From: a virus
Taxonomy: Duplodnaviria > Caudoviricetes
IMG/VR virus record: IMGVR_UViG_3300045963_000133
Coordinates: 1-25,308 of that record
DNA length: 25,308 nucleotides
Direction: 5' to 3' (one strand)
This document shows, one piece after another, positions 8,175-16,417 of the stretch. A program made the translations under genes and the position numbers. The notes beneath the pieces are model-generated. The model had not been told where the DNA came from, did not search any database, and was given only the letters and a program-made list of their open reading frames with translations. Within the stretch, counting starts at the first letter, position 1, and each line of letters begins with the position of its first letter.

Positions 8175-8250
8175 GGGGTGCCACAGTGCGTCTATGCGTC
8201 ACCTGAAGACAAACCCCCATCCGGCCGATGACGCAGACGTCATTCATCAG

Positions 8251-8493
8251 TCAGGCCTTCCTGGCTCGTGGCTTGCGCAGCACGCGCCACGGGACGTCTG
8301 GCCTGAGAAGCTCGCAGCGGACACCTGTGGCCTCCTCAATCGAGGGGCAATGCTCGGCCGGGATCCGGCCTCTGGAGCGCCACATGCTGGGTAGGCTGGC
8401 AGACACCCCGATCAGCCTGGCGAGCTCGGATGTCGATCCGGCTACAGCGATGGCTCGGGAGAGAGCCTTGAGTGGTTTGGAGTCATCTATCAC
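8251..8493 (-). CDS. cro: Cro-like / YdaS-family HTH regulator
   Basis: AIAVAGSTSELARLIGVSASLPSMWRSRGRIPAEHCPSIEEATGVRCELLRPDVPW is a classic YdaS/Cro pattern. Divergent from cI. GTG start at 8493. Confidence 0.88.
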   Translation of the reverse strand: MIDDSKPLKALSRAIAVAGSTSELARLIGVSASLPSMWRSRGRIPAEHCPSIEEATGVRCELLRPDVPWRVLRKPRARKA

Positions 8494-8526
8494 GAGCGTG
8501 ATATTACAGCCAAACACCATCGTGGG
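8489..8526. promoter_or_regulatory. OR-like operator pair
   Basis: ATCAC-gagc-GTGAT (8489-8502) and AACAC-catc-GTGGG (8513-8526), 24 bp apart, between cro and cI. Confidence 0.75.
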
Positions 8527-8530
8527 GCAA
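8501..8530 (-). promoter_or_regulatory. PR-like sigma70 promoter for the cro/replication operon
   Basis: On the - strand, TTGCCC-N18-TAATAT overlaps both operators and lies 7 nt upstream of the cro GTG. Confidence 0.55.
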
Positions 8531-8551
8531 GTCCCTGATGAAATCTCACCG

Positions 8552-9196
8552 ATGGAAACGATCGCAGAGCGACTCAAGAAGAAGCGCGAATCTCTCGGCC
8601 TCAGTCAGCAAGACGTGGCGATGAGGTCTGGCGTCAGTCAAGGCACGATCGGCAACATCGAATCGGGCCTACGCAAGGAGCCGCGCGAGCTGCTGGCGAT
8701 AGCCGCTGCCATCGGTGTGTCACCACATTGGCTACGTCACGGGACTGACATTAAGGAAGGGGTACGGATCGCCGACAATACTGAATACCATGCTGTTCGT
8801 GGGGTGAGGTACACGGTGTCTACCAAAGGTACAGGTTTCGCTGTTGAGTACGAAGACGGACGCGGGTCTCCCATCGTCTTTCATAATTCGTGGTTCGCTG
8901 CTAACAAGCTCCGTCCGGAAGCTCTGGTCGTCGTCAAGGTTTCCGGGTCAGCGATGGAGCCGACGCTCTATGACACCGACTTGATCGTGGTCAACACTGA
9001 TCAGATATCACCCAAGGACGGTCATGTATTCGCGATGATGGTCATGGGTGACTTTGTTGTGAAGCGTCTATTCCACGACGGGGAATGGATCGTCCGATCA
9101 GACAACCATGACAAGGCTCGATACGCCGACAAGGTGTTGCGCGCAGACTCGCTGGTGATCGGAGAGGTCGTCTATCGGCAAAGCGAGCGCATCTAG
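8552..9196 (+). CDS. cI: CI-like phage repressor (HTH_XRE + S24 autopeptidase)
   Basis: N-terminal LSQQDVAMRSGVSQGTIGNIESG HTH. C-terminal S24 signature VSGSAMEPTL...VVKRL...IGEVV. Start moved to ATG 8552. Confidence 0.92.
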   Translation: METIAERLKKKRESLGLSQQDVAMRSGVSQGTIGNIESGLRKEPRELLAIAAAIGVSPHWLRHGTDIKEGVRIADNTEYHAVRGVRYTVSTKGTGFAVEYEDGRGSPIVFHNSWFAANKLRPEALVVVKVSGSAMEPTLYDTDLIVVNTDQISPKDGHVFAMMVMGDFVVKRLFHDGEWIVRSDNHDKARYADKVLRADSLVIGEVVYRQSERI

Positions 9197-9236
9197 ACCG
9201 CAGACCGCAGACCCGCACCACCGGCACCAAGCCGAC

Positions 9237-9261
9237 GCCGCCATCAGGGCGGCATTTTTTT
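9237..9261 (+). terminator. intrinsic terminator after cI
   Basis: GCCGCC-atcag-GGCGGC hairpin followed by A and T7. Confidence 0.8.
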
Positions 9262-9271
9262 CCCTTCGCCG

Positions 9272-9313
9272 AACACAAACGTGTTGACAGGGTAGAAACA
9301 CGGTCGTGATAAT
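9272..9313 (+). promoter_or_regulatory. PL-like promoter with OL-like operator pair
   Basis: TTGACA (9284-9289)-N18-GATAAT (9308-9313), overlapped by AACAC-aaac-GTGTT (9272-9285) and AACAC-ggtc-GTGAT (9297-9310). Confidence 0.8.
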
Positions 9314-9342
9314 GAGTGCTCCTAAGCACCAGAGATCACGCA

Positions 9343-9540
9343 ATGCGCAAGAGCCACTTCATCACACCCAGGCGGTTCGATGACACCGTCTTGGACCCGA
9401 CAGCAGGCGCCGTCGAGCACTACAGGCCGGCCATCTCGGTCTGGGCCGAGGTGGCCCAGCTCACGCTGATGGTCATCATGTGCGTGTCCCTAGCCTTCAT
9501 CGGCTTTGGCGTGTACGAGTGGATCGTGGACGGCGTATGA
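9343..9540 (+). CDS. small single-pass membrane protein, first gene of the PL operon
   Basis: Hydrophobic stretch LTLMVIMCVSLAFIGFGVY. ATGA coupling to erf. Confidence 0.65.
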   Translation: MRKSHFITPRRFDDTVLDPTAGAVEHYRPAISVWAEVAQLTLMVIMCVSLAFIGFGVYEWIVDGV

Positions 9541-10289
9541 GCCTCACCGCGATCGAGCAGATCACCCCTTCTGTCATCCCAGTCGGTGGCGCCACTCCGG
9601 CTGACCTGGTCCTGGTTGCTCTGCAGCGCGGCGCCAGCATCGAGCAGCTCGGCCAGCTCATGGAGCTCCAGTTCCGCTGGGAGGCCCGCGAGGCCGAAAA
9701 GTCGGCCGTGCTGGCCATGACCGAGTTCAAGGCAGACCCGCCGGTAATCTTCAAAAACAAGCAGGTCGAGTTCAGCGGCACCAGCTACAAGCACGCCACC
9801 ATCGGTGACGTGACGGGCGCTGTGACTGCCGGCCTGTCGAAGCACGGCTTCAGTCACCGCTGGTCGGTGGATCAGCCTGGCGACGGCCAGATCATCGTGT
9901 CCTGTGTGCTGACCCACAAGCTCGGACACAGCTTCAGCACCAGCCTGACAGCCAGCGCCGACACCAGCGGGAAGAAGAACCCGATCCAGGCGATGGCCAG
10001 TGCCGTCACCTACCTGCAGCGCTACACGCTGTTGCTGGCGACTGGCCTGGCCACGCATGACCAGGAAGACGACGACGGCAAGGATGCCGGCGCCGCCAGC
10101 CCGCGTCACGTCGAGGGTGTGCTGCAGGACCTGATGTCCGACGTCCAGCATGCAGCGGATGACGCTGCAGTCATCGCCGTCTGGACCATCGGCAAGAAGA
10201 TCTTGGCCGGCCTGGGCGACACCACTGCCAGCACCGAATTCAGAGCGGCCGTCGCGGCGCGTCGTCAGCAACTGGGGGCGAAGCAATGA
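9537..10289 (+). CDS. erf: ERF-family single-strand annealing protein
   Basis: YKHATIGDV, LSKHGFS, THKLGHS, QAMASAVTYLQRY and DDDG are ERF signature motifs. Confidence 0.88.
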   Translation: MSLTAIEQITPSVIPVGGATPADLVLVALQRGASIEQLGQLMELQFRWEAREAEKSAVLAMTEFKADPPVIFKNKQVEFSGTSYKHATIGDVTGAVTAGLSKHGFSHRWSVDQPGDGQIIVSCVLTHKLGHSFSTSLTASADTSGKKNPIQAMASAVTYLQRYTLLLATGLATHDQEDDDGKDAGAASPRHVEGVLQDLMSDVQHAADDAAVIAVWTIGKKILAGLGDTTASTEFRAAVAARRQQLGAKQ

Positions 10290-10996
10290 TCAAGTGGAGC
10301 CTTGCCCCGCAGGGGTCTGATGAATGGAAAGCAGCCAGGCGCGGTGTGCGCACCGCCAGCAAGTTCAAGGTCTGCCGCGAGCGTATCAGGGGCGGCCATA
10401 TGTCAAAGCCCTGCATCCAGTACGGCATGGACCTGGCGCGAGAGCGCCTTGGCGGCCAGGCGCCAGACATCTACCAGACCGAAGCCATGCGCCTGGGAAG
10501 CAAGATGGAAGCGGTCGCCCGCCAGAAGTACGAGCTGCTGAAGGGTGTGCTGGTCGATGAGGTTGGCTTCGCCTTCACCGAAGACCGGCTCTTCGGCGCG
10601 TCTGTCGATGGCCTGATCGACACCAAGGGTGGCTGGGAGTGCAAGACCATGGTCAGCAGCGACACGCTGTTCAAGACCCTGGTGCATGGCGACATCACCG
10701 AATACGTCGACCAGTGCCTGGGCGCCATGTGGCTGCTGCACCTGGACTGGATGGACCTGACGCTGTACTGCGCCGATCTGGATCTGATGAAGGTCATTCG
10801 CATCGAGCGCAACGAGGCCGAGATCGAGGCTCTGGTCAAGGACCTGATGGAGCATGAATCGCTGACGGCCAGCTTCGAGGCCGAGCTTCGCAAGCTGATG
10901 CAGCCAGCGCAATCCGCACCGACCACGGCACCAGCACCAGCCGCAACACCCGCCGCAAATGCGGTGACCCCCACAGCCCTTCCCGAACTTTTCTGA
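10286..10996 (+). CDS. YqaJ / lambda-exonuclease family alkaline exonuclease
   Basis: QGSDEWKAARRG..TAS, MRLGSKME, GASVDGLI, ECK and Q motifs. Confidence 0.9.
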   Translation: MIKWSLAPQGSDEWKAARRGVRTASKFKVCRERIRGGHMSKPCIQYGMDLARERLGGQAPDIYQTEAMRLGSKMEAVARQKYELLKGVLVDEVGFAFTEDRLFGASVDGLIDTKGGWECKTMVSSDTLFKTLVHGDITEYVDQCLGAMWLLHLDWMDLTLYCADLDLMKVIRIERNEAEIEALVKDLMEHESLTASFEAELRKLMQPAQSAPTTAPAPAATPAANAVTPTALPELF

Positions 10997-11003
10997 GGAC
11001 AAC

Positions 11004-12098
11004 ATGGAAGCATCTTTCGCAGATCTTGTGGATCACGAGCTGGCAGATCGCCACACTGAGCGCGATGCGGCTGCTGCCGTCGCGCCGACACAGAACCTGC
11101 TGTCTCTGATCAAGCCGGCCAACGACCTGACCTTGGAAAAGGCCAACGTCGGCACCCTGGCCGTGGCTGCGCTGGGCGACTGGCGCACCAGCGTCAAGGT
11201 CGCAGTCGACACGCTGACCGGCGTCGAGCACGACCTGTCGACCCAGAGCAAGGTCGATGAGGCCAAGAGCCTGCGCCACAGGCTGATCGGAAAGCCGCTT
11301 GCCGGCCTGCGCGCCGACGGCAAGCGCATCCGTTCGCTGCTGTCTCAGGCGGGCAAGGCCGTGACCAAGGCAGAGGAAGACGCCGAGAAGGGTTTCGCCC
11401 AGGCCGAGGCGTTGATCACCCCGCAGATCGAAGCGGCCGAGGCCAAGCTGGAAGCTGAGCGTCAGGAGCGTGCCCGCATCGAGGCCGAGCGCGTGGCCAA
11501 GCACAAGGCCGGCCTCGAGAAGCTGCAGGGCTACCTTGGCAAAGCTGCAGGCTCAACGTCGGCCACCATCGAAAAGGCCATCGAGGCGCTCTCGGACATG
11601 GTCTTCGAGAAGAAGGACTGGGAAGAGTTCGCTGGCCAGGCGCAGGGTGCTCGTGATGCGACCGTCGTCGGTCTGCAGGCCCTGCTGGTCGAGACGAAGG
11701 CCCGCGAGGATCGTGAGGCCGCTGCCGAGGCGCTGCGCCTAGAGAACGAGCGCCAGGCTAAGGCCCTGGCTGCTGAGCGCGCCGAGCTGGAGCGTGAGCG
11801 CAAGGCCCTGGCTGCCGAGCGCGCTGCCGCGCAGGAGGCCAAGAAGGCCTCCGATCTAGCTGCTGCACCCCAACCCTCGCTGATCCCGGAAAAAGCGCTG
11901 GAACATCCCGTGTCGGCTGTGCCGGCAGCCCTTACCAAGGTCAAGCGCGTACCCATCCAGAAGACCGATGAGGGTCCGTTCGCCGAGATCCGCGCTGCTG
12001 CCGACAAGCACGGCGTCAACACCAACGACGGCCGCTGGACGTTCGACCTGCAAGGCCTGCTGGCCCTGCTGACTGACGTCAAGGTCACCCACTCCTGA
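11004..12098 (+). CDS. long coiled-coil hypothetical protein
   Basis: SD GAGG, Ala/Glu/Lys/Arg-rich heptads, strong GC3 bias. Confidence 0.8.
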   Translation: MEASFADLVDHELADRHTERDAAAAVAPTQNLLSLIKPANDLTLEKANVGTLAVAALGDWRTSVKVAVDTLTGVEHDLSTQSKVDEAKSLRHRLIGKPLAGLRADGKRIRSLLSQAGKAVTKAEEDAEKGFAQAEALITPQIEAAEAKLEAERQERARIEAERVAKHKAGLEKLQGYLGKAAGSTSATIEKAIEALSDMVFEKKDWEEFAGQAQGARDATVVGLQALLVETKAREDREAAAEALRLENERQAKALAAERAELERERKALAAERAAAQEAKKASDLAAAPQPSLIPEKALEHPVSAVPAALTKVKRVPIQKTDEGPFAEIRAAADKHGVNTNDGRWTFDLQGLLALLTDVKVTHS

Positions 12099-12128
12099 AC
12101 CACAGCAACAGCTCACTAAAAGGACCAC

Positions 12129-12497
12129 ATGAGCGACTATGACAACGAACTTCGAGGCGTTCTGTTCAAGAACGACCGCAAGGAACAAGACCGCCACCCC
12201 GACTACAAGGGGAGCTGCGAGATCGGCGGCGTCGAGTACTGGATCTCGTCCTGGCTGAAGGACGGCCGCAACGGCAAGTTCCTGTCTCTGGCCTTCACCG
12301 AGAAGGACCAGCAGGGCCAGACCCAGCAGCGCCGCGACCCGCCGCCGCGCGAGACCCGCCGCGATGACCGAGATGACCTCGGTGGCCGCTACAGCGATCG
12401 GCGCCCGCAGGCCCCGGCCCCGGCCCCGGCCCAGCGCACGCAGCAGCGCCAGGCCCCGCCGCCCCAGGATTTCCAAGACGATGACATCCCTTTCTGA
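12129..12497 (+). CDS. ssb: single-stranded DNA-binding protein (OB-like core, acidic DDDIPF tail)
   Basis: GVLFKN..K..HPDYKG core, disordered Q/P/R linker and SSB-type C-terminus QDDDIPF. SD AAGGA. Confidence 0.75.
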   Translation: MSDYDNELRGVLFKNDRKEQDRHPDYKGSCEIGGVEYWISSWLKDGRNGKFLSLAFTEKDQQGQTQQRRDPPPRETRRDDRDDLGGRYSDRRPQAPAPAPAQRTQQRQAPPPQDFQDDDIPF

Positions 12498-12513
12498 CTT
12501 AGGAGAAGCAAGC

Positions 12514-12855
12514 ATGGGCACCGAAACCAAAGAGGGCCGCTGCCCAAATGCCCTGGCCCCGCTCGAAAAGGCCAAGCTGCTGCTGGCGGTCAGCTCGACC
12601 TATAGCGGCTCCGGTCTGATCGACAGGACCTTCGCTGAGAAGTTTCAGGCCGACACCGGAATCGCCACGCTGCACCACCATGTCTGCTCTGCCCGTAAGC
12701 AGCTCGGGATCAGTGCCAACGCGGTGACAAGCAACGCTCGTATTCCCCTGCTTCCCCGCATCGCCGAGCTGGAGGCCAAGCTGGCGCAGGCCATGGACCG
12801 CATCGATGTGCTCGAGCGCTTCGAGTTCATCCAGTACAAGCCCAAGAACACCTGA
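12514..12855 (+). CDS. hypothetical protein with C-terminal coiled coil
   Basis: SD AGGAG before ATG 12514. Start moved from the ORF-track position 12364. Confidence 0.7.
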   Translation: MGTETKEGRCPNALAPLEKAKLLLAVSSTYSGSGLIDRTFAEKFQADTGIATLHHHVCSARKQLGISANAVTSNARIPLLPRIAELEAKLAQAMDRIDVLERFEFIQYKPKNT

Positions 12856-12864
12856 ATTGACACG

Positions 12865-12960
12865 GGGTCCGCTGCAATGGCATGGCAAGAGCCGCAGCGG
12901 CACGGCCCTCGGGGGCTTTGCAACACCATGGCCCGTGGTGACGATCTTGCCAGGGCACCC
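12865..12960 (+). ncRNA. candidate structured RNA (multi-stem junction with pseudoknot)
   Basis: Stems CCGCTGC/GCAGCGG, GCCC/GGGC, CACCATG/CGTGGTG and closing GGGT/ACCC. Loop TGGCAAGA (12883-12890) is complementary to TCTTGCCA (12945-12952). Confidence 0.45.
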
Positions 12961-12983
12961 ATCTTCAACAACCAAGGATTGAC

Positions 12984-13307
12984 ATGTCCGAACCCATCGT
13001 TTCCACCCTTCGCCGACTCCAGGGTGGCGCCTTCAGCAGCGACTGCGGCGACAAGCTGGCATCCGTCGTGAAGGCCGTCGAGTCGACCGGCAAGGCCGGC
13101 AAGCTCGTCATCACCATCGACGTGGCCAAGAGCGGCGCTGCCGTCTCGATCAAGGCGACCGCAGTGGACAAGACGCCGCAGGAGCTGCGTGACCCCGATC
13201 TGTTCTGGTCGACGCCGGAAGGGCGCCTGACCGAAGAAAACCCGAACCAGCGCAAGCTGGATCTGCAACAGATCCCGACCCAGGCGCGCGTCGTCGCTGG
13301 GGCCTGA
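12984..13307 (+). CDS. conserved phage protein usually upstream of DUF2303 (YfdP-like)
   Basis: Pattern VKAVESTGKAGKLVITI...FWSTPEGRLTEENPNQRKL, SD AAGGA, synteny with DUF2303. Confidence 0.7.
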   Translation: MSEPIVSTLRRLQGGAFSSDCGDKLASVVKAVESTGKAGKLVITIDVAKSGAAVSIKATAVDKTPQELRDPDLFWSTPEGRLTEENPNQRKLDLQQIPTQARVVAGA

Positions 13308-13334
13308 ACCACCACCGACTTCTAGGAATCCAAC

Positions 13335-14234
13335 ATGACCTACAACTCAGACACCGAAACCAACAACCTCGTTGAGTCCATCGTTGCCCACATGCCAGCG
13401 CCAGACCACATTCTGGAGCTGGGCTTCTTCAGGGACAACTCCGCTGAGCCCCACAGCAGCGTTCATCACATCGCTGTGCCCAAGGACTTCGAAGTCAAGA
13501 CTTTCGATGATGAGAAGCTGCAATCCACTCCGCGCCGCGCAGTGGGGACTGCCACCCTTGGCGATGATGAGAGCTTCTTGGCCTACGTCGACAGGCACTG
13601 TGTCGTGTCCACCGCAGCCTGGGTCCACTTTGCTCCGGCCCAATCGAGGCTGGCCTTCTCGGCTGTGATCAACGACCACATGTCCGGAACCCCCGGCTGG
13701 CGTGACCACAAGGCTACCTTCGTACCGGAGACCAGCCACGAATGGAAGACCTGGATGGCCGCCAACGGAAAGCGCATGAGCCAGGTGGACTTCGCGGAAT
13801 TCATCGAAGAGAACGAGAAGGACATCGCTGGTGGTGACGGCTTGCCCAGCTCTCTGGAGATGCTGTCGATGGCCAAGAACTTCGAGGCCAACAGCGACAA
13901 GTCCTTCAAGTCCAAGGTCAACACCCAGTCGGGCGGTGTCGAGCTGGTCTTTGTGGACAGCGACAACGCAGAGACCCAGTCGCGCATGAAGCTCTTCGCG
14001 CGCTTCCAGGTCGGTATCCCGGTGTTCTGGTCGACCACAAAGGATGGCAGCCCGATCACGGCCTGGCCGCTGCAGGCCCGGCTGAAGTACAGCACGGCTG
14101 GTGGGAAGCTGACGTTCTGGTACGAGCTGATCCGACCCGATGTGGTCCATGAGCTGGCGTCGATGAACCTGATCGCGAAGATCAAGGCCAGCCTTGGTGG
14201 TGTGCCGCTCTACACGGGCGCCTTCAACGGCTGA
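13335..14234 (+). CDS. DUF2303 (YfdQ-like) family protein
   Basis: SFLAYVDRH, GWRDHKA, SHEWKTW, MSQVDFAEFIEEN, IPVF, ARLKY and FWYEL motifs. Confidence 0.85.
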   Translation: MTYNSDTETNNLVESIVAHMPAPDHILELGFFRDNSAEPHSSVHHIAVPKDFEVKTFDDEKLQSTPRRAVGTATLGDDESFLAYVDRHCVVSTAAWVHFAPAQSRLAFSAVINDHMSGTPGWRDHKATFVPETSHEWKTWMAANGKRMSQVDFAEFIEENEKDIAGGDGLPSSLEMLSMAKNFEANSDKSFKSKVNTQSGGVELVFVDSDNAETQSRMKLFARFQVGIPVFWSTTKDGSPITAWPLQARLKYSTAGGKLTFWYELIRPDVVHELASMNLIAKIKASLGGVPLYTGAFNG

Positions 14235-14296
14235 TCGAGAGCATCGAATCGAGAGCAGGGCCCGCCGACCGGCGGGTCCACACCAGAGCAAACACC

Positions 14297-14659
14297 ATGA
14301 ACTTCAACGAATACCAAGCCCTGGCCATGCGCACCGCCAAGCGCTTCGGCCATGAGGCTACCGATCTGACCCATGCCAGCCTCGGCCTGGCGACAGAGTC
14401 CGGCGAATTCATCACTGAGGTCAAGCGCGCGGCGATCTACGACAAGGAAATCACCGACGAAATCCGAGTCCACATGGCGGAGGAGTTGGGCGACCTGCTC
14501 TGGTACGTTGCGCTGGCCGCCGAGACCCTCGGGATATCGATGCACCAGATGGCTCGAGACAACATTGCCAAGCTGCAGTTGCGCTTCCCGCAGTCCTACA
14601 GCAACGAGGCTGCCGAGGCCCGTGCAGACAAGGGCGGCCTGGACGCGAGACAGTCGTGA
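14297..14659 (+). CDS. MazG-like nucleoside triphosphate pyrophosphohydrolase
   Basis: EYQ..A.RT, LGLATESGE, EELGDLLWYVA and NIAKLQLRFP motifs. Confidence 0.9.
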   Translation: MNFNEYQALAMRTAKRFGHEATDLTHASLGLATESGEFITEVKRAAIYDKEITDEIRVHMAEELGDLLWYVALAAETLGISMHQMARDNIAKLQLRFPQSYSNEAAEARADKGGLDARQS

Positions 14660-14877
14660 CTGATCCGGTCAACCACCCGAGCCACTACACGTCCAGCCCG
14701 GCCCATTGCGGCTGCGGAGCCTGTGTCGAATGCATCCAGATCACTGAGCACATGGGCTTCTGCCTGGGAAATGCCATCAAGTACATCTGGCGCGCAGACC
14801 TGAAAGATGACGCAATAGAGGACCTGAAGAAGGCCGCCTGGTACATCAACCGTGAAATCGAAAGACGACAGAAATGA
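14656..14877 (+). CDS. DUF3310 family protein (T7 gp1.7/SaV-like)
   Basis: DPVNHPSHY, ECIQI, GFCLGNAIKYIWRA and EDLKKAAWYI. Confidence 0.9.
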   Translation: MTDPVNHPSHYTSSPAHCGCGACVECIQITEHMGFCLGNAIKYIWRADLKDDAIEDLKKAAWYINREIERRQK

Positions 14878-15287
14878 CTGCACCGAAGCACAAGCACACC
14901 AGCACGGCCAATGCCATTGCGCAGCATCTTCAGAAGATCAAGATGGCAGCCGAGAAGGCTATGCAGGATGAAGGCAAGAAGGACATCCGCGAATTGCTGG
15001 ACCACGCCAGCGGCAGCCAGCGTATGGTCCTGCTCGAGCCGGCCGAGGTCTACGACAAGTGCATCGTCGCTGTGACCCATGTCGACGGCGAGGATGTCCT
15101 GGTCTACAACAAGCTGGCCGTCATCATCGCGATGACGCGCCACATGGAGATCGATCTCCAGGCTGCGGTGGACGTCTTCACCGCATCCCTGGCCGCCAGG
15201 AGGCTCGCTCCGGCTGTTGATGCCTACGGCAAGCCCTTGCCCAAGCCGCCCATCTTCATCGTGCCCCTGGAGGACTACCTGTCATGA
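14874..15287 (+). CDS. hypothetical phage protein
   Basis: ATGA coupling on both sides, GC3 bias. Confidence 0.75.
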   Translation: MTAPKHKHTSTANAIAQHLQKIKMAAEKAMQDEGKKDIRELLDHASGSQRMVLLEPAEVYDKCIVAVTHVDGEDVLVYNKLAVIIAMTRHMEIDLQAAVDVFTASLAARRLAPAVDAYGKPLPKPPIFIVPLEDYLS

Positions 15288-16150
15288 CCGCCCTCCGTGA
15301 AGCCGCCCAGGCGGCACTGGAAGCGCTAGAGAGCCTGCAAGGCGGCTGTACTGACCATAACGATGGCACCGTCGAGGCGATAACCGTCTGGTGCCCCGAG
15401 GTCATTGACGCCCTCCGCGCCGCCCTGGCAGATGCCGCCCCTGCGCCCGCAGACTTCGACTCGGCGCTGGCCGAGTACGCAGCCGCGTGCGTGCATTTGA
15501 AGACCGACGAGATGCGCGCTGGGTACATCAAATTGCGCGGGATGCTGGCCGCCCCTGTGCCGCAGGGTGAGCCGGTGGCGTGGATATGCAAGACCGGCCA
15601 CGGAACCGGATTGCGCGCTGAAAAGCCAACCGGTGACGTGATGCCGTTTTGGACCCCGCTCTACACCCGGCAGCCCGCACCTACCCCGCAGCCCTATTAT
15701 CTAAGCGATTACCCAGACGGTCGCACAGCAGTGTGCGAGATGGCAACGGGAAAAATCGTGCAATGGGTGGCGCAGCCGCTGACGGATAAGCAGATCGACG
15801 CCGCCACCCGCCGTGCCATCGTCCGCGCAGCCGCGCAGCCGCGCAGATCGGGCGTGCCCATGAGTAAGCACACGCCGCACACACCGGGGCCTTGGGATAC
15901 CGTCTGTGATAACGGCGGTAACCCGTGGGTCAAAGCCGATGTCTACTGGATTGCACAATGCTTGTCTAGCGTCCCGCCAGGCATCGGAGTGTGGGAATCA
16001 GCCGAAGCCAACGCCCGCCTGATCGCCGCTGCGCCTGACTTGCTGGCTGCTCTCGAAAAGGTGTGGGCGGAAGGTGTCATTCCAGATGGGTTTGCATTGC
16101 TGCAAGACCAAGTGTGTGACGCAATCGCCAAGGCAGAGGGTGCCAAGTGA
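15284..16150 (+). CDS. mosaic hypothetical protein; probable in-frame fusion with a second unit starting at ATG 15860
   Basis: Contains recurrent phage mini-modules: LREAAQAALEAL, EPVAW..PLYT, QPLTDKQI, then MSKHTP..GPW...ANARLIAAAPDLLAAL. Confidence 0.7.
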   Translation: MTALREAAQAALEALESLQGGCTDHNDGTVEAITVWCPEVIDALRAALADAAPAPADFDSALAEYAAACVHLKTDEMRAGYIKLRGMLAAPVPQGEPVAWICKTGHGTGLRAEKPTGDVMPFWTPLYTRQPAPTPQPYYLSDYPDGRTAVCEMATGKIVQWVAQPLTDKQIDAATRRAIVRAAAQPRRSGVPMSKHTPHTPGPWDTVCDNGGNPWVKADVYWIAQCLSSVPPGIGVWESAEANARLIAAAPDLLAALEKVWAEGVIPDGFALLQDQVCDAIAKAEGAK

Positions 16151-16416
16151 TCCCTCTACCAGAGCCCTACACCGAGCAAGTCATTGAATACAGCGGCATC
16201 GCCGTGAACCGAACGGACAAGTTCCCGCTGTTCACCGCCGACCAGATGCACGCCTACGCCGCCGCCAGCGTGGCCGAGGCTGTGCTTCAGGAACGGGAGC
16301 GGTGCGCTGGTGTGTGCGAGGCTCTTGAGCTGGAATACCCATCGTCGGGAGAGGCGGGCTGGTACGCAGCAACCATCGAGTGCGCAGCCGCCATCCGCGC
16401 AGGGGGCAAGGGCTAA
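16147..16416 (+). CDS. hypothetical phage protein
   Basis: GTGA coupling, motifs FTADQMHAYA and ERERCA..CE..AAAIRA. Confidence 0.75.
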   Translation: MIPLPEPYTEQVIEYSGIAVNRTDKFPLFTADQMHAYAAASVAEAVLQERERCAGVCEALELEYPSSGEAGWYAATIECAAAIRAGGKG

Positions 16417-16417
16417 C

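Noticed and set aside
8228-8577. Long N-terminal extensions of cI (from 8228) and cro (from 8577) in the ORF track
   Set aside because: They would overlap each other and the operators. The HTH domains start at 8552 and 8493.
9196-9230. GACCGCA short tandem repeat after cI
   Set aside because: It has only about 2.5 copies and no spacers, so it is not a CRISPR, and no function is supportable.
11745-11830. Direct repeat AAGGCCCTGGCTGC(T/C)GAGCGCGC
   Set aside because: It is an in-frame duplication of a coiled-coil segment (KALAAERA). No reverse transcriptase or adenine-specific mismatch pattern suggests a DGR.
14234-14279. ATCGAGAGCA duplication and GGGCCCGCCG/CGGCGGGTCC hairpin
   Set aside because: There is no U-tract, so it is not called a terminator, and it is too short to support another call.
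9420-14291. Multiple long - strand ORFs opposite erf, exonuclease and DUF2303
   Set aside because: They are antisense shadows of well-supported + strand genes.
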